Shown here: positions 20,277 to 30,495 of the stretch, piece after piece
Numbering within the stretch: the stretch's first letter is position 1
How the letters are laid out: every line of letters starts with the position of its first letter
Assembly (NCBI GenBank): GCA_965203355.1
Contig: OZ241889.1
Span: forward strand, 928,001-992,000
Direction: 5' to 3'
DNA from: Candidatus Latescibacterota bacterium
GTDB lineage: Bacteria > Latescibacterota > UBA2968 > UBA8231
Length of the DNA stretch: 64,000 bases
Notes under the pieces: generated by a model
The model's input: the letters and a program-made list of their open reading frames with translations, nothing else
The model's database searches: none
What the model was told of the DNA's origin: nothing
Position numbers and translations under genes: made by a program

Positions 20277-20409
20277 GAAGCGTTTTTAAAATTGTTCTTA
20301 TTGTTTTTTGATCCCCTCAAAAAGCCTAGTAGCAATGGAGTCTCGCCCGCGGAAAACGCCCGATCCAGGAACCGCTCGAGTAGTCCGACGAGAATTTTAA
20401 AAAGGCTTC
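20277..20409. mobile_element. MITE-like element (~133 bp) with terminal inverted repeats
   Basis: GAAGCGTTTTTAAAATT ... AATTTTAAAAAGGCTTC (1 mismatch in 17), flanked by TAA on both sides. Confidence 0.65.
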
Positions 20410-21236
20410 TAACGGCCTTGATAAGCCCGTGCTGGCTTGGCGCGATCACCAGAGGTCGCCGCCTTAACGTGGCCCCAACTGGTCTGCTCTACGGCGGTCG
20501 TCCAATCCCTGGTGATAACTCGACCGCCGATGTGGGCTTCTTTGAGCAGACCAAAGTTCCAAAACTCAACTTCCGTTGTGAACTGAGTGATATAGATGGG
20601 GCCTACTCCCACTTCAAACACTTCATCCCATTCCATCGCATAGAACGTTGCGAAAAAGCGGAAAAATCGCTGTGTAGGTGCTACTTGAAGAACACCCCAA
20701 CAGCACTTCCAGTTCGGCTCTGGCGGCTCCCGAAAAGGAGTGGTATTAAATACCCACCATATAACTACAAATGGCGAAGAAGGATTTTCTGGGAGCGGTA
20801 AGTCCCAAACCGTCCCTTGGGGTGCCGCAAAGTCATACAGCAGCCAATCCGTCTGCTTGGGGTCTAAAGGGTGTGGGTCCGGGCGAAGCATGTGCTCACC
20901 CATGTCCTCTGCTAGGTCACCAAACGCCAGGGTATCCGGCTGCTCTAGGTAGCGAAAGACTTGCGCTCCTTCTTTTCTCAGGTAGAGCGTGTCGGGTAGA
21001 GTAGGATTCCAGTCCTTCCGCACGACAAAGTACGACTGTTCCTTCAACTGCACTTGGCCGATTACTTCCGTTGAAACGGTCTCGTCCAGGCGGAAGATGT
21101 CTGAGTATCTTTCGTCATACTTCTGAAAGACCCATCGGTTGCCTACTTCCAGCGGGAAGAAATCGCCTTCTTCGGCTTGAGCGGTACTCATGCCGCCTGC
21201 AACGAAGGCTGCTAATGCGATCCATCGAAGTGCCAT
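20409..21236 (-). CDS. secreted hypothetical protein with 'TAVEQTSWGHVK' C-terminal tail
   Basis: GGAGG RBS, signal peptide ending AQA, 'FFPLEVGNRWVF' motif, C-terminal WG-x-x-K tail. Confidence 0.75.
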   Translation of the reverse strand: MALRWIALAAFVAGGMSTAQAEEGDFFPLEVGNRWVFQKYDERYSDIFRLDETVSTEVIGQVQLKEQSYFVVRKDWNPTLPDTLYLRKEGAQVFRYLEQPDTLAFGDLAEDMGEHMLRPDPHPLDPKQTDWLLYDFAAPQGTVWDLPLPENPSSPFVVIWWVFNTTPFREPPEPNWKCCWGVLQVAPTQRFFRFFATFYAMEWDEVFEVGVGPIYITQFTTEVEFWNFGLLKEAHIGGRVITRDWTTAVEQTSWGHVKAATSGDRAKPARAYQGR

Positions 21237-21555
21237 TTTGTGATTCCTCCATTGTGCTTGCTGGTGTCGAGCGATCTCAGGATTCTCATCTCCCGAAAAG
21301 TCCAATACCGACGCGACCTGCGGCCGCTTCAATACTGGAAGCCGGCGTGGAGCAGCGACCGATACGAGTGCCTATCACCTCCTTTCTGCCGCATCAGCCG
21401 CGCCTTCAACGAGAATAATAGCATATTCCGTGCCAACAATTAGGCCGTATGCAAAAAAATCCTTTAGAACGAACCTAACGCCTTGAAAAACATGATACTT
21501 AAAATTATGGACGAGACTTTACAAAAGACGATGACGCACCGGCGGCGCAAGATTT

Positions 21556-21615
21556 TACACGAATTTTCTGTGGGATTACACGAATTTTCTGTGGGATTAC
21601 ACGATTTTTCCGTGG
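21556..21615. repeat. 21-bp tandem repeat, ~3 copies, intergenic
   Basis: TACACGAATTTTCTGTGGGAT twice plus one degenerate copy. Confidence 0.85.
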
Positions 21616-21758
21616 AACAGCACAACCGGCGATGGCCGTTAGGCACCGGGCTTTTTCGGCGGCGTAACCCGTATTTCTGGTAGTATTAGCTGCTCGTCAG
21701 GACACAGATCACTTGCGAACCGACGCTGATACGAGCCGATTTTTAGGGAATAAAGACG

Positions 21759-24700
21759 TTAGGCTTTTTGTGAAGCGTTGGTATTCAGTCGGACGCGAGT
21801 GCGCCAGATCGCACACAGTGGCACTACTAGTATTAGCAAGATGGACGAGGACACTAGGCCGCCTGATGTCCCGAGTGCTAGGGTGTACCACAAGTTCGTT
21901 CTGTCGCCTTGAAGCAATAAAGGAAGGAAGCCGGCGATGGTCGTAAGGGTGGTGATGAAAATGGGGCGTAGGCGCTGGAAGGCCGCTTTGGCAACCGCCT
22001 CCTTGGGATCGGCTGGCCGCTGTTGCAAGGCGTTGGAGATGGTGTACACGAGCAGGATAGAATTGTTGACGGCAATGCCCATCAGCAGCAACAAGGCCGC
22101 ATAGCCGCCTTGGTTAAAAGGGGCGTCGAAAAGGAAGAGCGCGGCACCCATTCCTATGAGTGCGAGGGGCAGGGCAATGAGCACCAATAGCGGCTGAGTC
22201 CAAGACTCAAAGAGCGCGGCCGCGATCATCCAGACCAAGAGAACGGACAAGAGCACGATGCCCCCCAACTCCCATTGCTCCTTTTTGTCCATCTCGTATA
22301 TCATGGGATTGGAAAGGGTATAACCGTATGGCAGGGACGTGTGGTCGACAATGTCTTGGAGGATGCTGTTGGAATAATCGAAGCTGCCCAAAACCATGAA
22401 ACCAACGGTGCGGATGTAGCGTTGATCTTTGCGTGTTATGCTAGGTGGCACGGTTCGCTTTTCAATGTGGGTGACGTGCCCGATGCGCGCCGGGTGTGCG
22501 TCCAACTCCACTTGGCTTAAGCGGCGGGTGGTCATGCGGCTGGCACCGGTATCGGCGACGCTTACAGCGTATTGTTGCCCGTCCATATAGACTTGTGCGA
22601 AGGTACCGCCAGTGGCGAGCCGATCTTGAATATCGTGGACAATGTCGGCGTGATCGAGGCCGCGCGGTGCGGTTTTGGCATGGTCAAACTGGACCACTAC
22701 TTCGCCCTGGGGTGGACTGGTAGTAAAGTCGACGTGAATGTCCTTAATCCGCCGCGAACGACGCTGCTTTTGCTTTAGTCGATCGGCGATGTCTTCGGCA
22801 ATGTTGCCCACTTGCCCAAAGTTGAACCCGTGAATACTAAGCCGGTTGGAGACGCCGCGGCCCCCGTACAGAGGCTTGCCCGTGATACTTTCCAGTCCCT
22901 TGCCATATATCGACATTCCCACGCCGCCGAGGTTGCCCTCGTAGGCCCCTAGACGCTCGTAGAGGACGTAGGGTATATCCGAGGTGAGGTACTCTTCCTT
23001 GAGCAGCACCTGAATGAGCCCGAACCGGCCCGCAGTTTGGGTGATGACACCCTCGATATACGGCGCAAAGTTGAACAATTGTTTTTCGACATCCCGCAAA
23101 ACTTTGTCTATCTGGCTTATGTGGGAGTTGTGGGGTATTCGGAGATCGACAATCAGCGAAAAGCCTTCTGAGAGTTCTGGGAAAAAGTGTTGGGAAGGTC
23201 GCCGGTCGAGCCGATGCGATAGGTCGCGAAACAAGAGATACGTAGCCCCACCCAACACCTTAAAAAGTGCTGGCTTGATCGCGCTTACTGTGGGATTGCT
23301 CCACGCTTGATTGTAAAGGTCGGCCCCGCTAGCGTAGAGCCGCTCCCGGATCGGGCGATCTGCGCGCGATCGTTTGGACGCGGATGTCGCGTTGCTTGAT
23401 AAACTGGGCGAAGAGGTTGTATCTCGCGTTGCGAGATATGCCTTGTACTGTTGTCGCGTGGTGATTTTGTCGGTGGCTTGCACAACCTGCTCGTCGCCTA
23501 GTTTGTCCGGTAATAGCCACAGCGGTACGCCTACTGCCCACACGACCAAACCGAGGAACATTTTTTTGCGACGGACGCAAAAAAAGAGGACCGCGCGATA
23601 CAAGCGATAGAAGCGGTCTGTGGATGCAGCCGAGGTGGGAACCGACCGTGCGATCGTCCGGTAGAAGAAGGTCGGGATCAGGACGAGAGCGACTAGGAGG
23701 GCAATGGTGAGGGTTAGGCTGAGGGCAACCACAAATGGCTCTAAATAGCCTTGTAATTTCCGAGAGAGGAAAAAGACCGGTAAAAAGGCCCCCAAGGTGG
23801 TCAGATTAGACACGACGATGGGATGCACGCCTTCGCGCAATCCCGCCGCCACGGCCGCCCGCAAATCCCCGCCGGGTCCGCAGGATTGGACTCGGCGGTG
23901 GAGATAGTCGTAGATGACAATGGCGTTATCCACGATCAGACCAAAACCGATGGTGAAACCAGCGAGGGTCGCGAGGTTTAGGTGAATGCCGAGGGCGAAG
24001 AACAACACGACGGCCCCTAGGACGGACAACCAAATGGAACTCAAGATGAGCAAGACCGTTTGAAATCGCTTGAAAACGCCGACCAGCACTAACGCAATAA
24101 ACGCGATGGAAAACGCCGACCAGCGCAGCAGAAAACGGAAGTCTCGCTCTATCTCGGCTCCTTTGTCGTGCAGCGCGACGATCTCAAAGCCCTCGGGCAG
24201 ATGTTGGGAAAGTTCGCCCACCTTCTCCCGAATTTGCTGGGAAGTGTGGATCATATCGCTACCGGGCGTCTTTTCAAATAGGATGGCAATAGCGTTGCGC
24301 CCATTGATCCGATAAAGAGATGTCGGCGGGCCAGGTCGGTAGCGCACGGTCGCTACGTCCTTTAGGTAAATGAAGCGGCCGCTCGCCAGTCGCTTCAGCG
24401 GCACGTCCTCAAGGGTCTCCAAGTCGGCGAGGTTTCCGTAAAGCTGGATGCTGCTGAGTGCACCTTGGCTTTGTGCGGCGCCGAGAAAACGGGTCTGTAT
24501 GCCTTGAGCGGCTATCGCTTGGCTCAGTACGCCTTGGTCGATTTGCCAACGCTGTGCCAAGAGGTGGTTCATTTCGAGGAAGATGTGCTGTTGGGCACCG
24601 CCGAGCACGGTCACTTGCTCGACGCCCGGCACGGATTGCAAGGGCAGGTGTAATCGGTCGTCTACATATTGGCGCAGCACTACGGGGTCTTCGTGCGCAA

Positions 24701-25130
24701 GCAGCATTAAACGGACGAAATTCGCGCTGTTTAGCTGATCGGGATCGGTGTGCTGAACGCGGGGCGGCGAAGCACCGGGCGGCATTTGGCGGCGGAACAA
24801 ATATATCTTTTCGGCTAGCGCTAGCTCGGCTAGTTGTACATTCGCGTCGGGGGCGAGTTCAGCGGTGATCGACGCATGTCCCTTGGCGCTGGTAGAGCTC
24901 AGCCGAACCACGCCCCGCAGACTTTGCACGAGCGACTCCAAGGGAGCCGTGATCTGCGATTCAATGGTGAGGGCCGAAACGCCGGGCCACCCAACGCGCA
25001 CAGTAAGCCGTGGCGCGTCTAATTGGCCGCCGATGTCAATGGGGACCAGCCGAAAACAAACCAAGCCCAATACCAACACCGACACCCCGGCTACGCCCAC
25101 GGCTACGGGTTTGTCCAACAGCTTGTCCAT
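21759..25130 (-). CDS. RND efflux permease subunit (divergent, with insertion)
   Basis: AcrB-like: ITAPLE, GLIVDNAIVI, GIAVNNSILL, RLRPIFITTLTTIAGFLPL. Confidence 0.9.
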   Translation of the reverse strand: MDKLLDKPVAVGVAGVSVLVLGLVCFRLVPIDIGGQLDAPRLTVRVGWPGVSALTIESQITAPLESLVQSLRGVVRLSSTSAKGHASITAELAPDANVQLAELALAEKIYLFRRQMPPGASPPRVQHTDPDQLNSANFVRLMLLAHEDPVVLRQYVDDRLHLPLQSVPGVEQVTVLGGAQQHIFLEMNHLLAQRWQIDQGVLSQAIAAQGIQTRFLGAAQSQGALSSIQLYGNLADLETLEDVPLKRLASGRFIYLKDVATVRYRPGPPTSLYRINGRNAIAILFEKTPGSDMIHTSQQIREKVGELSQHLPEGFEIVALHDKGAEIERDFRFLLRWSAFSIAFIALVLVGVFKRFQTVLLILSSIWLSVLGAVVLFFALGIHLNLATLAGFTIGFGLIVDNAIVIYDYLHRRVQSCGPGGDLRAAVAAGLREGVHPIVVSNLTTLGAFLPVFFLSRKLQGYLEPFVVALSLTLTIALLVALVLIPTFFYRTIARSVPTSAASTDRFYRLYRAVLFFCVRRKKMFLGLVVWAVGVPLWLLPDKLGDEQVVQATDKITTRQQYKAYLATRDTTSSPSLSSNATSASKRSRADRPIRERLYASGADLYNQAWSNPTVSAIKPALFKVLGGATYLLFRDLSHRLDRRPSQHFFPELSEGFSLIVDLRIPHNSHISQIDKVLRDVEKQLFNFAPYIEGVITQTAGRFGLIQVLLKEEYLTSDIPYVLYERLGAYEGNLGGVGMSIYGKGLESITGKPLYGGRGVSNRLSIHGFNFGQVGNIAEDIADRLKQKQRRSRRIKDIHVDFTTSPPQGEVVVQFDHAKTAPRGLDHADIVHDIQDRLATGGTFAQVYMDGQQYAVSVADTGASRMTTRRLSQVELDAHPARIGHVTHIEKRTVPPSITRKDQRYIRTVGFMVLGSFDYSNSILQDIVDHTSLPYGYTLSNPMIYEMDKKEQWELGGIVLLSVLLVWMIAAALFESWTQPLLVLIALPLALIGMGAALFLFDAPFNQGGYAALLLLMGIAVNNSILLVYTISNALQQRPADPKEAVAKAAFQRLRPIFITTLTTIAGFLPLLLQGDRTNLWYTLALGTSGGLVSSSILLILVVPLCAIWRTRVRLNTNASQKA

Positions 25131-25131
25131 G

Positions 25132-28100
25132 TCATTCTTTTGCCCGCGCAACAACCGAGTAGAGGATGGGTACGGCGATCAGAATCAACAGGGTTGATAG
25201 AGAGATGCCGCCAACAACCGCCCAAGCCAAGGGACGGCGCAACTCGGCACCGCTGCCGCTAGATAAGGCCATGGGCAACAGGCCGCAGACCGTGGTCAGG
25301 GTCGTCATACATATCGGGCGGAATCGCTTTTGTCCGGCTTCCACGATGGCTTGACCGAGGTCGCCGCTGGCTTGGTAGTGCCGATGGATGAAGTCGGTTT
25401 TAACTATGGAATCGTTCACCACAATCCCCACGAGGACGATACATCCCAAAAGGGACATGATGTTTAGCGTGTTGCCCGTTAGCCACAGGGTGCAGATGAC
25501 GCCTATAGACGCGAAGGGCACGGCCGTGACGATTACAAAAGGAACGGCGAGGGACTCAAACTGGGCGGCGAGAATGAAATAGACCAATACAATGGAGATG
25601 AAGAGAATGAGATACAGGTTTTGATAGTGTCCTTGCAGCTCGGCGTATTGGGTGCCGACCTCGATCCAATACCCGTCGGGGATGGTTAGCTGAGGTAGGA
25701 ATTCGTCTAGCCGGGCCTTGGCTTGGTCAAAGTCGAGCCCCTGTAAAGCGGCCGTGACGGCGACGGTACGCACTTGGTTTTCGCGGTGGATCGCTTCGTA
25801 GCCCACACTCGGTTTGAGGCGGATTAACTCGGAGAGTGGGATGGCGACGAGACGGCCTTGCGTTTTGACGGGGTACTGCATGTTGAGGACGCGCCACAAG
25901 TCGAGTTCATCGCGGTGTTCGGCTAACACTTTGATGTCTATACGGTCGGCAAAATCGACGAACTGGGTGGGCGTACTGCCTTGTAGCTGGCGGTTGATAA
26001 AGTCGGCGAGTTCGGCGAGGCGGATGCCGTACTGTAGGGCCGCTTCTCGCTGGACCTCGATGTTGAACACCTGTTTGCTGGCCTGCAAGTTGACGCGGGT
26101 GTTGGCAAAGCCCGCGTCCTGCTGCATAAAACCTGTGATCTGCCGACTCAAGTCAGCGAGAACGGTTAGTTGCGGCCCGATAACTTTCAGGTCGAATTGG
26201 GTCTGGTGCTGCTGAAAAAGCTGTTCAAAGGCCGATTCCGGGGGCGACAGGGAGAGGGTCAGGCGGTTGAATTCTCCAAAGGCCGCTTTGATCCGCTCGG
26301 CGATGTCCGCGCTTTCGCTGCCCTCGGCGACTTCAATGTCTAGCACCGCTTTATTCAATCCGGGCCGGTACTGCCGGTCGAGTATCTCGCGGGTGATGCC
26401 GATGGACGAGAGCACGGATGCGACGCCGTCCTCGCGCAGCAGGCGGCGTTCTAGCTTGGTTATTTCCACCGCCGTGGTCGGCAGATTGGTTCCCGGCGGC
26501 AGTTCGGCGCGGAGGACCAAATGCTTTCTATCGACGGTGGGTATGAGCTCGCGCTCTAAGTCGGTGGCTAGATAGGTACTCAGCGCCAGCAGGACGAACA
26601 GGGCCCCGGCGACCTTCCAGCGGTGGCGCAGGGCGCGGACGAGGACGTACTCGTACAGCAAGAAAAACTTGTTGAAGAGGTGTTGAAAGAGGTCGATGGT
26701 GAGGAGGAAAGGGGTGGCTGCTAGGCGCCCGATGCGGTAGAGCCGCCCCGATTCGTTGGGTGCGTTCCAAGACCGGGCAGAGAGCATGGGAAGTAGCACG
26801 ATGGACACGATCAAAGAGGCTGCCAGAGCGAGGGAAATCGTGACCGCCTGCTCGTAAAAGAGGGCCCCGGCGATCCCCTCGACATATACTAAGGGCATGA
26901 AAACCGACATGGTGGTAAGGGTCGAGGCCGTGATGGCCAAGCCCACCTCGCGCGTGCCGCGGACCGCTGCTTCGCCCGGCTCGTGCGACATTTCGCGGTA
27001 GCGATAAATGTTTTCCAGCACGACGATTGAGTTATCAACTAAGATGCCGATGCCCAAAGCAAGGCCCCCCAACGACACAATGTTAAAGTGGATGTCGAGG
27101 AAGTACATGCAGATAAAGGTGGTGATAATGGAAATAGGTATGGACAGCCCCACGATGAGCGGATTCTTGAGATCGCGGAGGAAGTAAATGAGGATGACAA
27201 AGGCAAAGAGGCCGCCCAAGTACAGGGACTGCAGGACGTTGTGTATAGATTCGCTGATGAACTCGGCTTGATCGAAGACCGGCACGACGGCGAAGTTCGC
27301 GTATTCTTGCGAAAAGCGGTAGAGGCTGTCGTACACTTTTTCGGAGGCTTCCACGGTATTGGCGCCGGCCTCCTTGAAAACATACAGAGTGATGACCTCG
27401 TGTCCGTTCAAGCGGGTGTAGCCGGTGCGTTCTGCGTAGCCTTCTTTGATGCGGGCCACGTCCTGTAAGCGGATTAGTTTGGGCGTTAGTTGTACGGGGA
27501 TTTGGCGGATTTGTTGTATGTCGGTGAACTCGGCTTGGATGCGCAGGGGTAACTGGGAAAAACCGTCGCGGATCGAGCCACCGGAGTGGGTTATGTTGAA
27601 CTGCTTGAGGCTGGTTTCCACCTCGGCAAAGCCGATGTTGTAGCGCAGGCTTTTCTCGGCGTCGAGATGGATCTGGATTTCGCGGTCTAGTCCGCCCGCG
27701 ACCTGCACGTAGGCGACACCGTCGATCTGCTCCAGTCGGCGTTTAACGATAGCCTGCGCCATTTCCTTCAGTTCCATGAGGGCTGCTTGGTGATCCCGGG
27801 TGGAGCGGGGCTGTTCGACCCGATCGCCGGTGATCACGAGCGTCATAATGGGGGCGGCCGAAGGATCGAAGCGCAAAATGGTCGGCCGGTCGGCCGTTTG
27901 CGGCAGGTGCCCTTGGTCGAGGCTGCTGCGCGCCTTGATGAAGTTGAGGTCCATGTCGCTGCCCCAGTTGAACTCGACCTCTACAAAAGAGATGCCGTCT
28001 TGCGAGATGGACTTGAGCCGCTGGACGCCGCTTAGGGCACTGAGCGAGGCTTCAATGGGGCGGGTGACATGTTCTTCCACATCGCGGGCATTTAGGCTAG

Positions 28101-28254
28101 GTGCGTCCGTGCGGACAACGAGCCGAGGAATGTCGATATCGGGAAGAAAATCTACGCTTAGCCGGAAAAGGGAGTACAAACCCAAGAGGAGTGCGGCGAG
28201 AAAGCAAACGGTAGTGGCGACGGGCCGATAGACGGCAAAGCGTACGACATTCAC
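25132..28254 (-). CDS. RND efflux permease subunit
   Basis: RPVAT, VTRPIE, GILVDNSIVVLENI, RFRPICMTTLTTVCGLLPMAL. Confidence 0.95.
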   Translation of the reverse strand: MNVVRFAVYRPVATTVCFLAALLLGLYSLFRLSVDFLPDIDIPRLVVRTDAPSLNARDVEEHVTRPIEASLSALSGVQRLKSISQDGISFVEVEFNWGSDMDLNFIKARSSLDQGHLPQTADRPTILRFDPSAAPIMTLVITGDRVEQPRSTRDHQAALMELKEMAQAIVKRRLEQIDGVAYVQVAGGLDREIQIHLDAEKSLRYNIGFAEVETSLKQFNITHSGGSIRDGFSQLPLRIQAEFTDIQQIRQIPVQLTPKLIRLQDVARIKEGYAERTGYTRLNGHEVITLYVFKEAGANTVEASEKVYDSLYRFSQEYANFAVVPVFDQAEFISESIHNVLQSLYLGGLFAFVILIYFLRDLKNPLIVGLSIPISIITTFICMYFLDIHFNIVSLGGLALGIGILVDNSIVVLENIYRYREMSHEPGEAAVRGTREVGLAITASTLTTMSVFMPLVYVEGIAGALFYEQAVTISLALAASLIVSIVLLPMLSARSWNAPNESGRLYRIGRLAATPFLLTIDLFQHLFNKFFLLYEYVLVRALRHRWKVAGALFVLLALSTYLATDLERELIPTVDRKHLVLRAELPPGTNLPTTAVEITKLERRLLREDGVASVLSSIGITREILDRQYRPGLNKAVLDIEVAEGSESADIAERIKAAFGEFNRLTLSLSPPESAFEQLFQQHQTQFDLKVIGPQLTVLADLSRQITGFMQQDAGFANTRVNLQASKQVFNIEVQREAALQYGIRLAELADFINRQLQGSTPTQFVDFADRIDIKVLAEHRDELDLWRVLNMQYPVKTQGRLVAIPLSELIRLKPSVGYEAIHRENQVRTVAVTAALQGLDFDQAKARLDEFLPQLTIPDGYWIEVGTQYAELQGHYQNLYLILFISIVLVYFILAAQFESLAVPFVIVTAVPFASIGVICTLWLTGNTLNIMSLLGCIVLVGIVVNDSIVKTDFIHRHYQASGDLGQAIVEAGQKRFRPICMTTLTTVCGLLPMALSSGSGAELRRPLAWAVVGGISLSTLLILIAVPILYSVVARAKE

Positions 28255-28266
28255 GGGCCGATCCTC

Positions 28267-29433
28267 TCAGCGTTGGACGACCACGACTTTCGCATCGTGG
28301 GCTAGGTTGTAATGCCCGGATACGATGAGGTCTTCGCCGGCTTCTATTCCTTGGGTGATCTCGATAAAGTCGTCGTTTTCGAGGCCGGTCTTCACGTAGC
28401 GCCATTGGGCTAGCCCGCCTTGGTGAACGAATACTAGCTTGCGGTCGTCGCGGATGAGGAGTGCATCGCGCGGAATGAGCAGCCGCTGCTGAAAGGCTTC
28501 AATGCCTATTTCGAGCCGGGCGAACATGCCGGGTTTGATGCGCTGGCCGGGGTTGTCCATTTGGATCAAGATGCGGCAAGTCCCGCTCTCGCTATCTACC
28601 ACCGGACTGATGGCTTTGACCGCGCCCGCAAACGGGTCGTCGGGGTATGCGTGAAGCGCGATAGCGGCTTGAGCACCGACTTGCAATAAGCGCAACTCGC
28701 TTTCGAGGATGCTGACTTCGAGCAGCAGTGGGTCGAGTGCCAAAAGCTGCATCAGGGTCTGTCCTTGGGTGACCCAAGTACCAGCGGTTACTTCCACTTC
28801 GGTTACGACGCCGGCAAAAGGTGCTGTAATAACGGCGTCTTTGAGGTTGAGCTCGGCTTGCGCTAGGGTGAGTCGAGCGCGGGTTAAGCCCGTAGTGCTG
28901 GCGATCCATTCTTTGGGGGTGCCGCTTGCAAATAGCGCTAGGGCTTCTACATCGTTGATGTTGGTGCTATCCGCTTTGGTCTCGATGAGGTCGCGTGCTT
29001 GATGCCCGCGATCCAGTTGGTTGCTCAGCAGGGCGATGGAGGCGTACTCTCGCAGTGCCTGCGTCATTTGATCTTTTGCCTGTAGATAAGCGATGTTATA
29101 ACGTTTTACGTCCAATTCCAAGATGGTGTCGCCTTTGCTGACAAAGCGACTTTCCTCGACGTTGAGGCGGCGCACTTGGCCCGCTACTTGGGGGACGATG
29201 GCGGTTTCCTTCTTGGCCTTAAAAACTCCTGTTGAGGTAATTTTCTGCACGAGGGTGCGGGGCTGAATCGTTTCTATGGCGACCGGAGTGTTGGGTGGTT
29301 CAAGTTCGGGGAGGGTTTCGAGGGATTCGCCGCGGGGATTTTGCGATGGCGCGGAATCGCTGAAAATCGCAAACAATAGGACGAGTAGTCCAAGCGCGAT
29401 AGCGATGTATAGTAGCTTTTTTAATGTCTTCAT
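28267..29433 (-). CDS. RND periplasmic adaptor (MFP)
   Basis: N-terminal TM, VSKGD..L.LD, ITAPFAGVV, IKPGMFA, V.TGL. Confidence 0.95.
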   Translation of the reverse strand: MKTLKKLLYIAIALGLLVLLFAIFSDSAPSQNPRGESLETLPELEPPNTPVAIETIQPRTLVQKITSTGVFKAKKETAIVPQVAGQVRRLNVEESRFVSKGDTILELDVKRYNIAYLQAKDQMTQALREYASIALLSNQLDRGHQARDLIETKADSTNINDVEALALFASGTPKEWIASTTGLTRARLTLAQAELNLKDAVITAPFAGVVTEVEVTAGTWVTQGQTLMQLLALDPLLLEVSILESELRLLQVGAQAAIALHAYPDDPFAGAVKAISPVVDSESGTCRILIQMDNPGQRIKPGMFARLEIGIEAFQQRLLIPRDALLIRDDRKLVFVHQGGLAQWRYVKTGLENDDFIEITQGIEAGEDLIVSGHYNLAHDAKVVVVQR

Positions 29434-29484
29434 TTTGCAAGCTCGCGATCTTTACTTTACCATGGACAGGATCAACGTTCCAGT

Positions 29485-30495
29485 TTACGATCTGCTCAAG
29501 GTTTGAGAGTGGGTGGCTAGGGCTTCTAGGGCATTCCGTTCTTGAACGGCGATAGCTTGAATTCGCGCCTGGATGCGCGGTATCAGCCTTGGTGTATACT
29601 TGGTTGCGCCTTTGAAGCACAGGTTTTTGGCGACAAACCAACTCTGAGAAATCGACTCGAATTCTCGGCCGAGAGTGCTTAGGCCGTCGAGGCCGCAGAG
29701 CCGACTGGCATAGTTGAGGAAAGTGCCATGTCCCTCTCTGTTTAGGGCGACATCGAGGAACAATTCAGTGCATTGGTTCAGGCGCGTTTTGATAGCTTGC
29801 CTTTCGCATTCCGCCCATGTTCCTACATCCTCGGCGAGTTGCTCAATCCCGACTACGCCTTGGACGCGCTCGGCTTGTGAATTGGTTGCAGACATACTCG
29901 CGAAATTGCGTTGCAAAATGGCGGCCACATGGCGCGAATGTACGCTAGGCGGCTCGTCCGGCATGTCTAGCAAACACCAGTTAAAATAGGGCCTGTTCCC
30001 GCCAGAAACAGCCCGCGTATCCCAACAGGCAAGGAAGAGGTCAAGTGGGATATCTCGCGCCGAAGGCGTCCATGGCGAAGGATCGATCAAGTGGACGGTG
30101 CTCGCCTTATCGTCGTACCTGGCGACGATAATCTGGTGTATTGAGTGTCGCTGGCGCGGAAAGAGTCCGGCTCCAGCTAGATGGAAGACATCTATATTGA
30201 TAGCTACGGGCGTACCTGCATCCAATCGTTTTTTGACTTCGTTTAACGCCGACCTGCCATCATCAGAAGTATAGCTCAATGCCTCAATGCCGAACGGCTG
30301 GAGCATGGCAAAGAGGGAAGCCGGACGACTCTTGATGCTGAACGATTCGCCTCTAGTGTAAAAAAAGTCCCAGTTGTAAAAAACGGGCAGCGACGGTTCC
30401 CATTGGTAGTAGCGCAGCAAGCTGTCTAATACGACATGGAGGCAGTTGTAGTGCCGATTGGTGCAGAAGGGAATACCACTAATGCGCTTTTTCAT
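29485..30495 (-). CDS. BtrH-like protein (papain/C39-like fold), putative acyltransferase
   Basis: 'NCL' Cys, 'GTPVAINIDVFHL', 'HSIHQIIVARYD', 'HLIDP' triad pattern; helical C-domain; ATGA-coupled. Confidence 0.7.
   Translation of the reverse strand: MKKRISGIPFCTNRHYNCLHVVLDSLLRYYQWEPSLPVFYNWDFFYTRGESFSIKSRPASLFAMLQPFGIEALSYTSDDGRSALNEVKKRLDAGTPVAINIDVFHLAGAGLFPRQRHSIHQIIVARYDDKASTVHLIDPSPWTPSARDIPLDLFLACWDTRAVSGGNRPYFNWCLLDMPDEPPSVHSRHVAAILQRNFASMSATNSQAERVQGVVGIEQLAEDVGTWAECERQAIKTRLNQCTELFLDVALNREGHGTFLNYASRLCGLDGLSTLGREFESISQSWFVAKNLCFKGATKYTPRLIPRIQARIQAIAVQERNALEALATHSQTLSRS

Noticed and set aside
21464-21683. Small ORFs containing LHEFSVG repeats
   Set aside because: They are translations of an intergenic 21-bp tandem repeat, with no convincing RBS or family signal.
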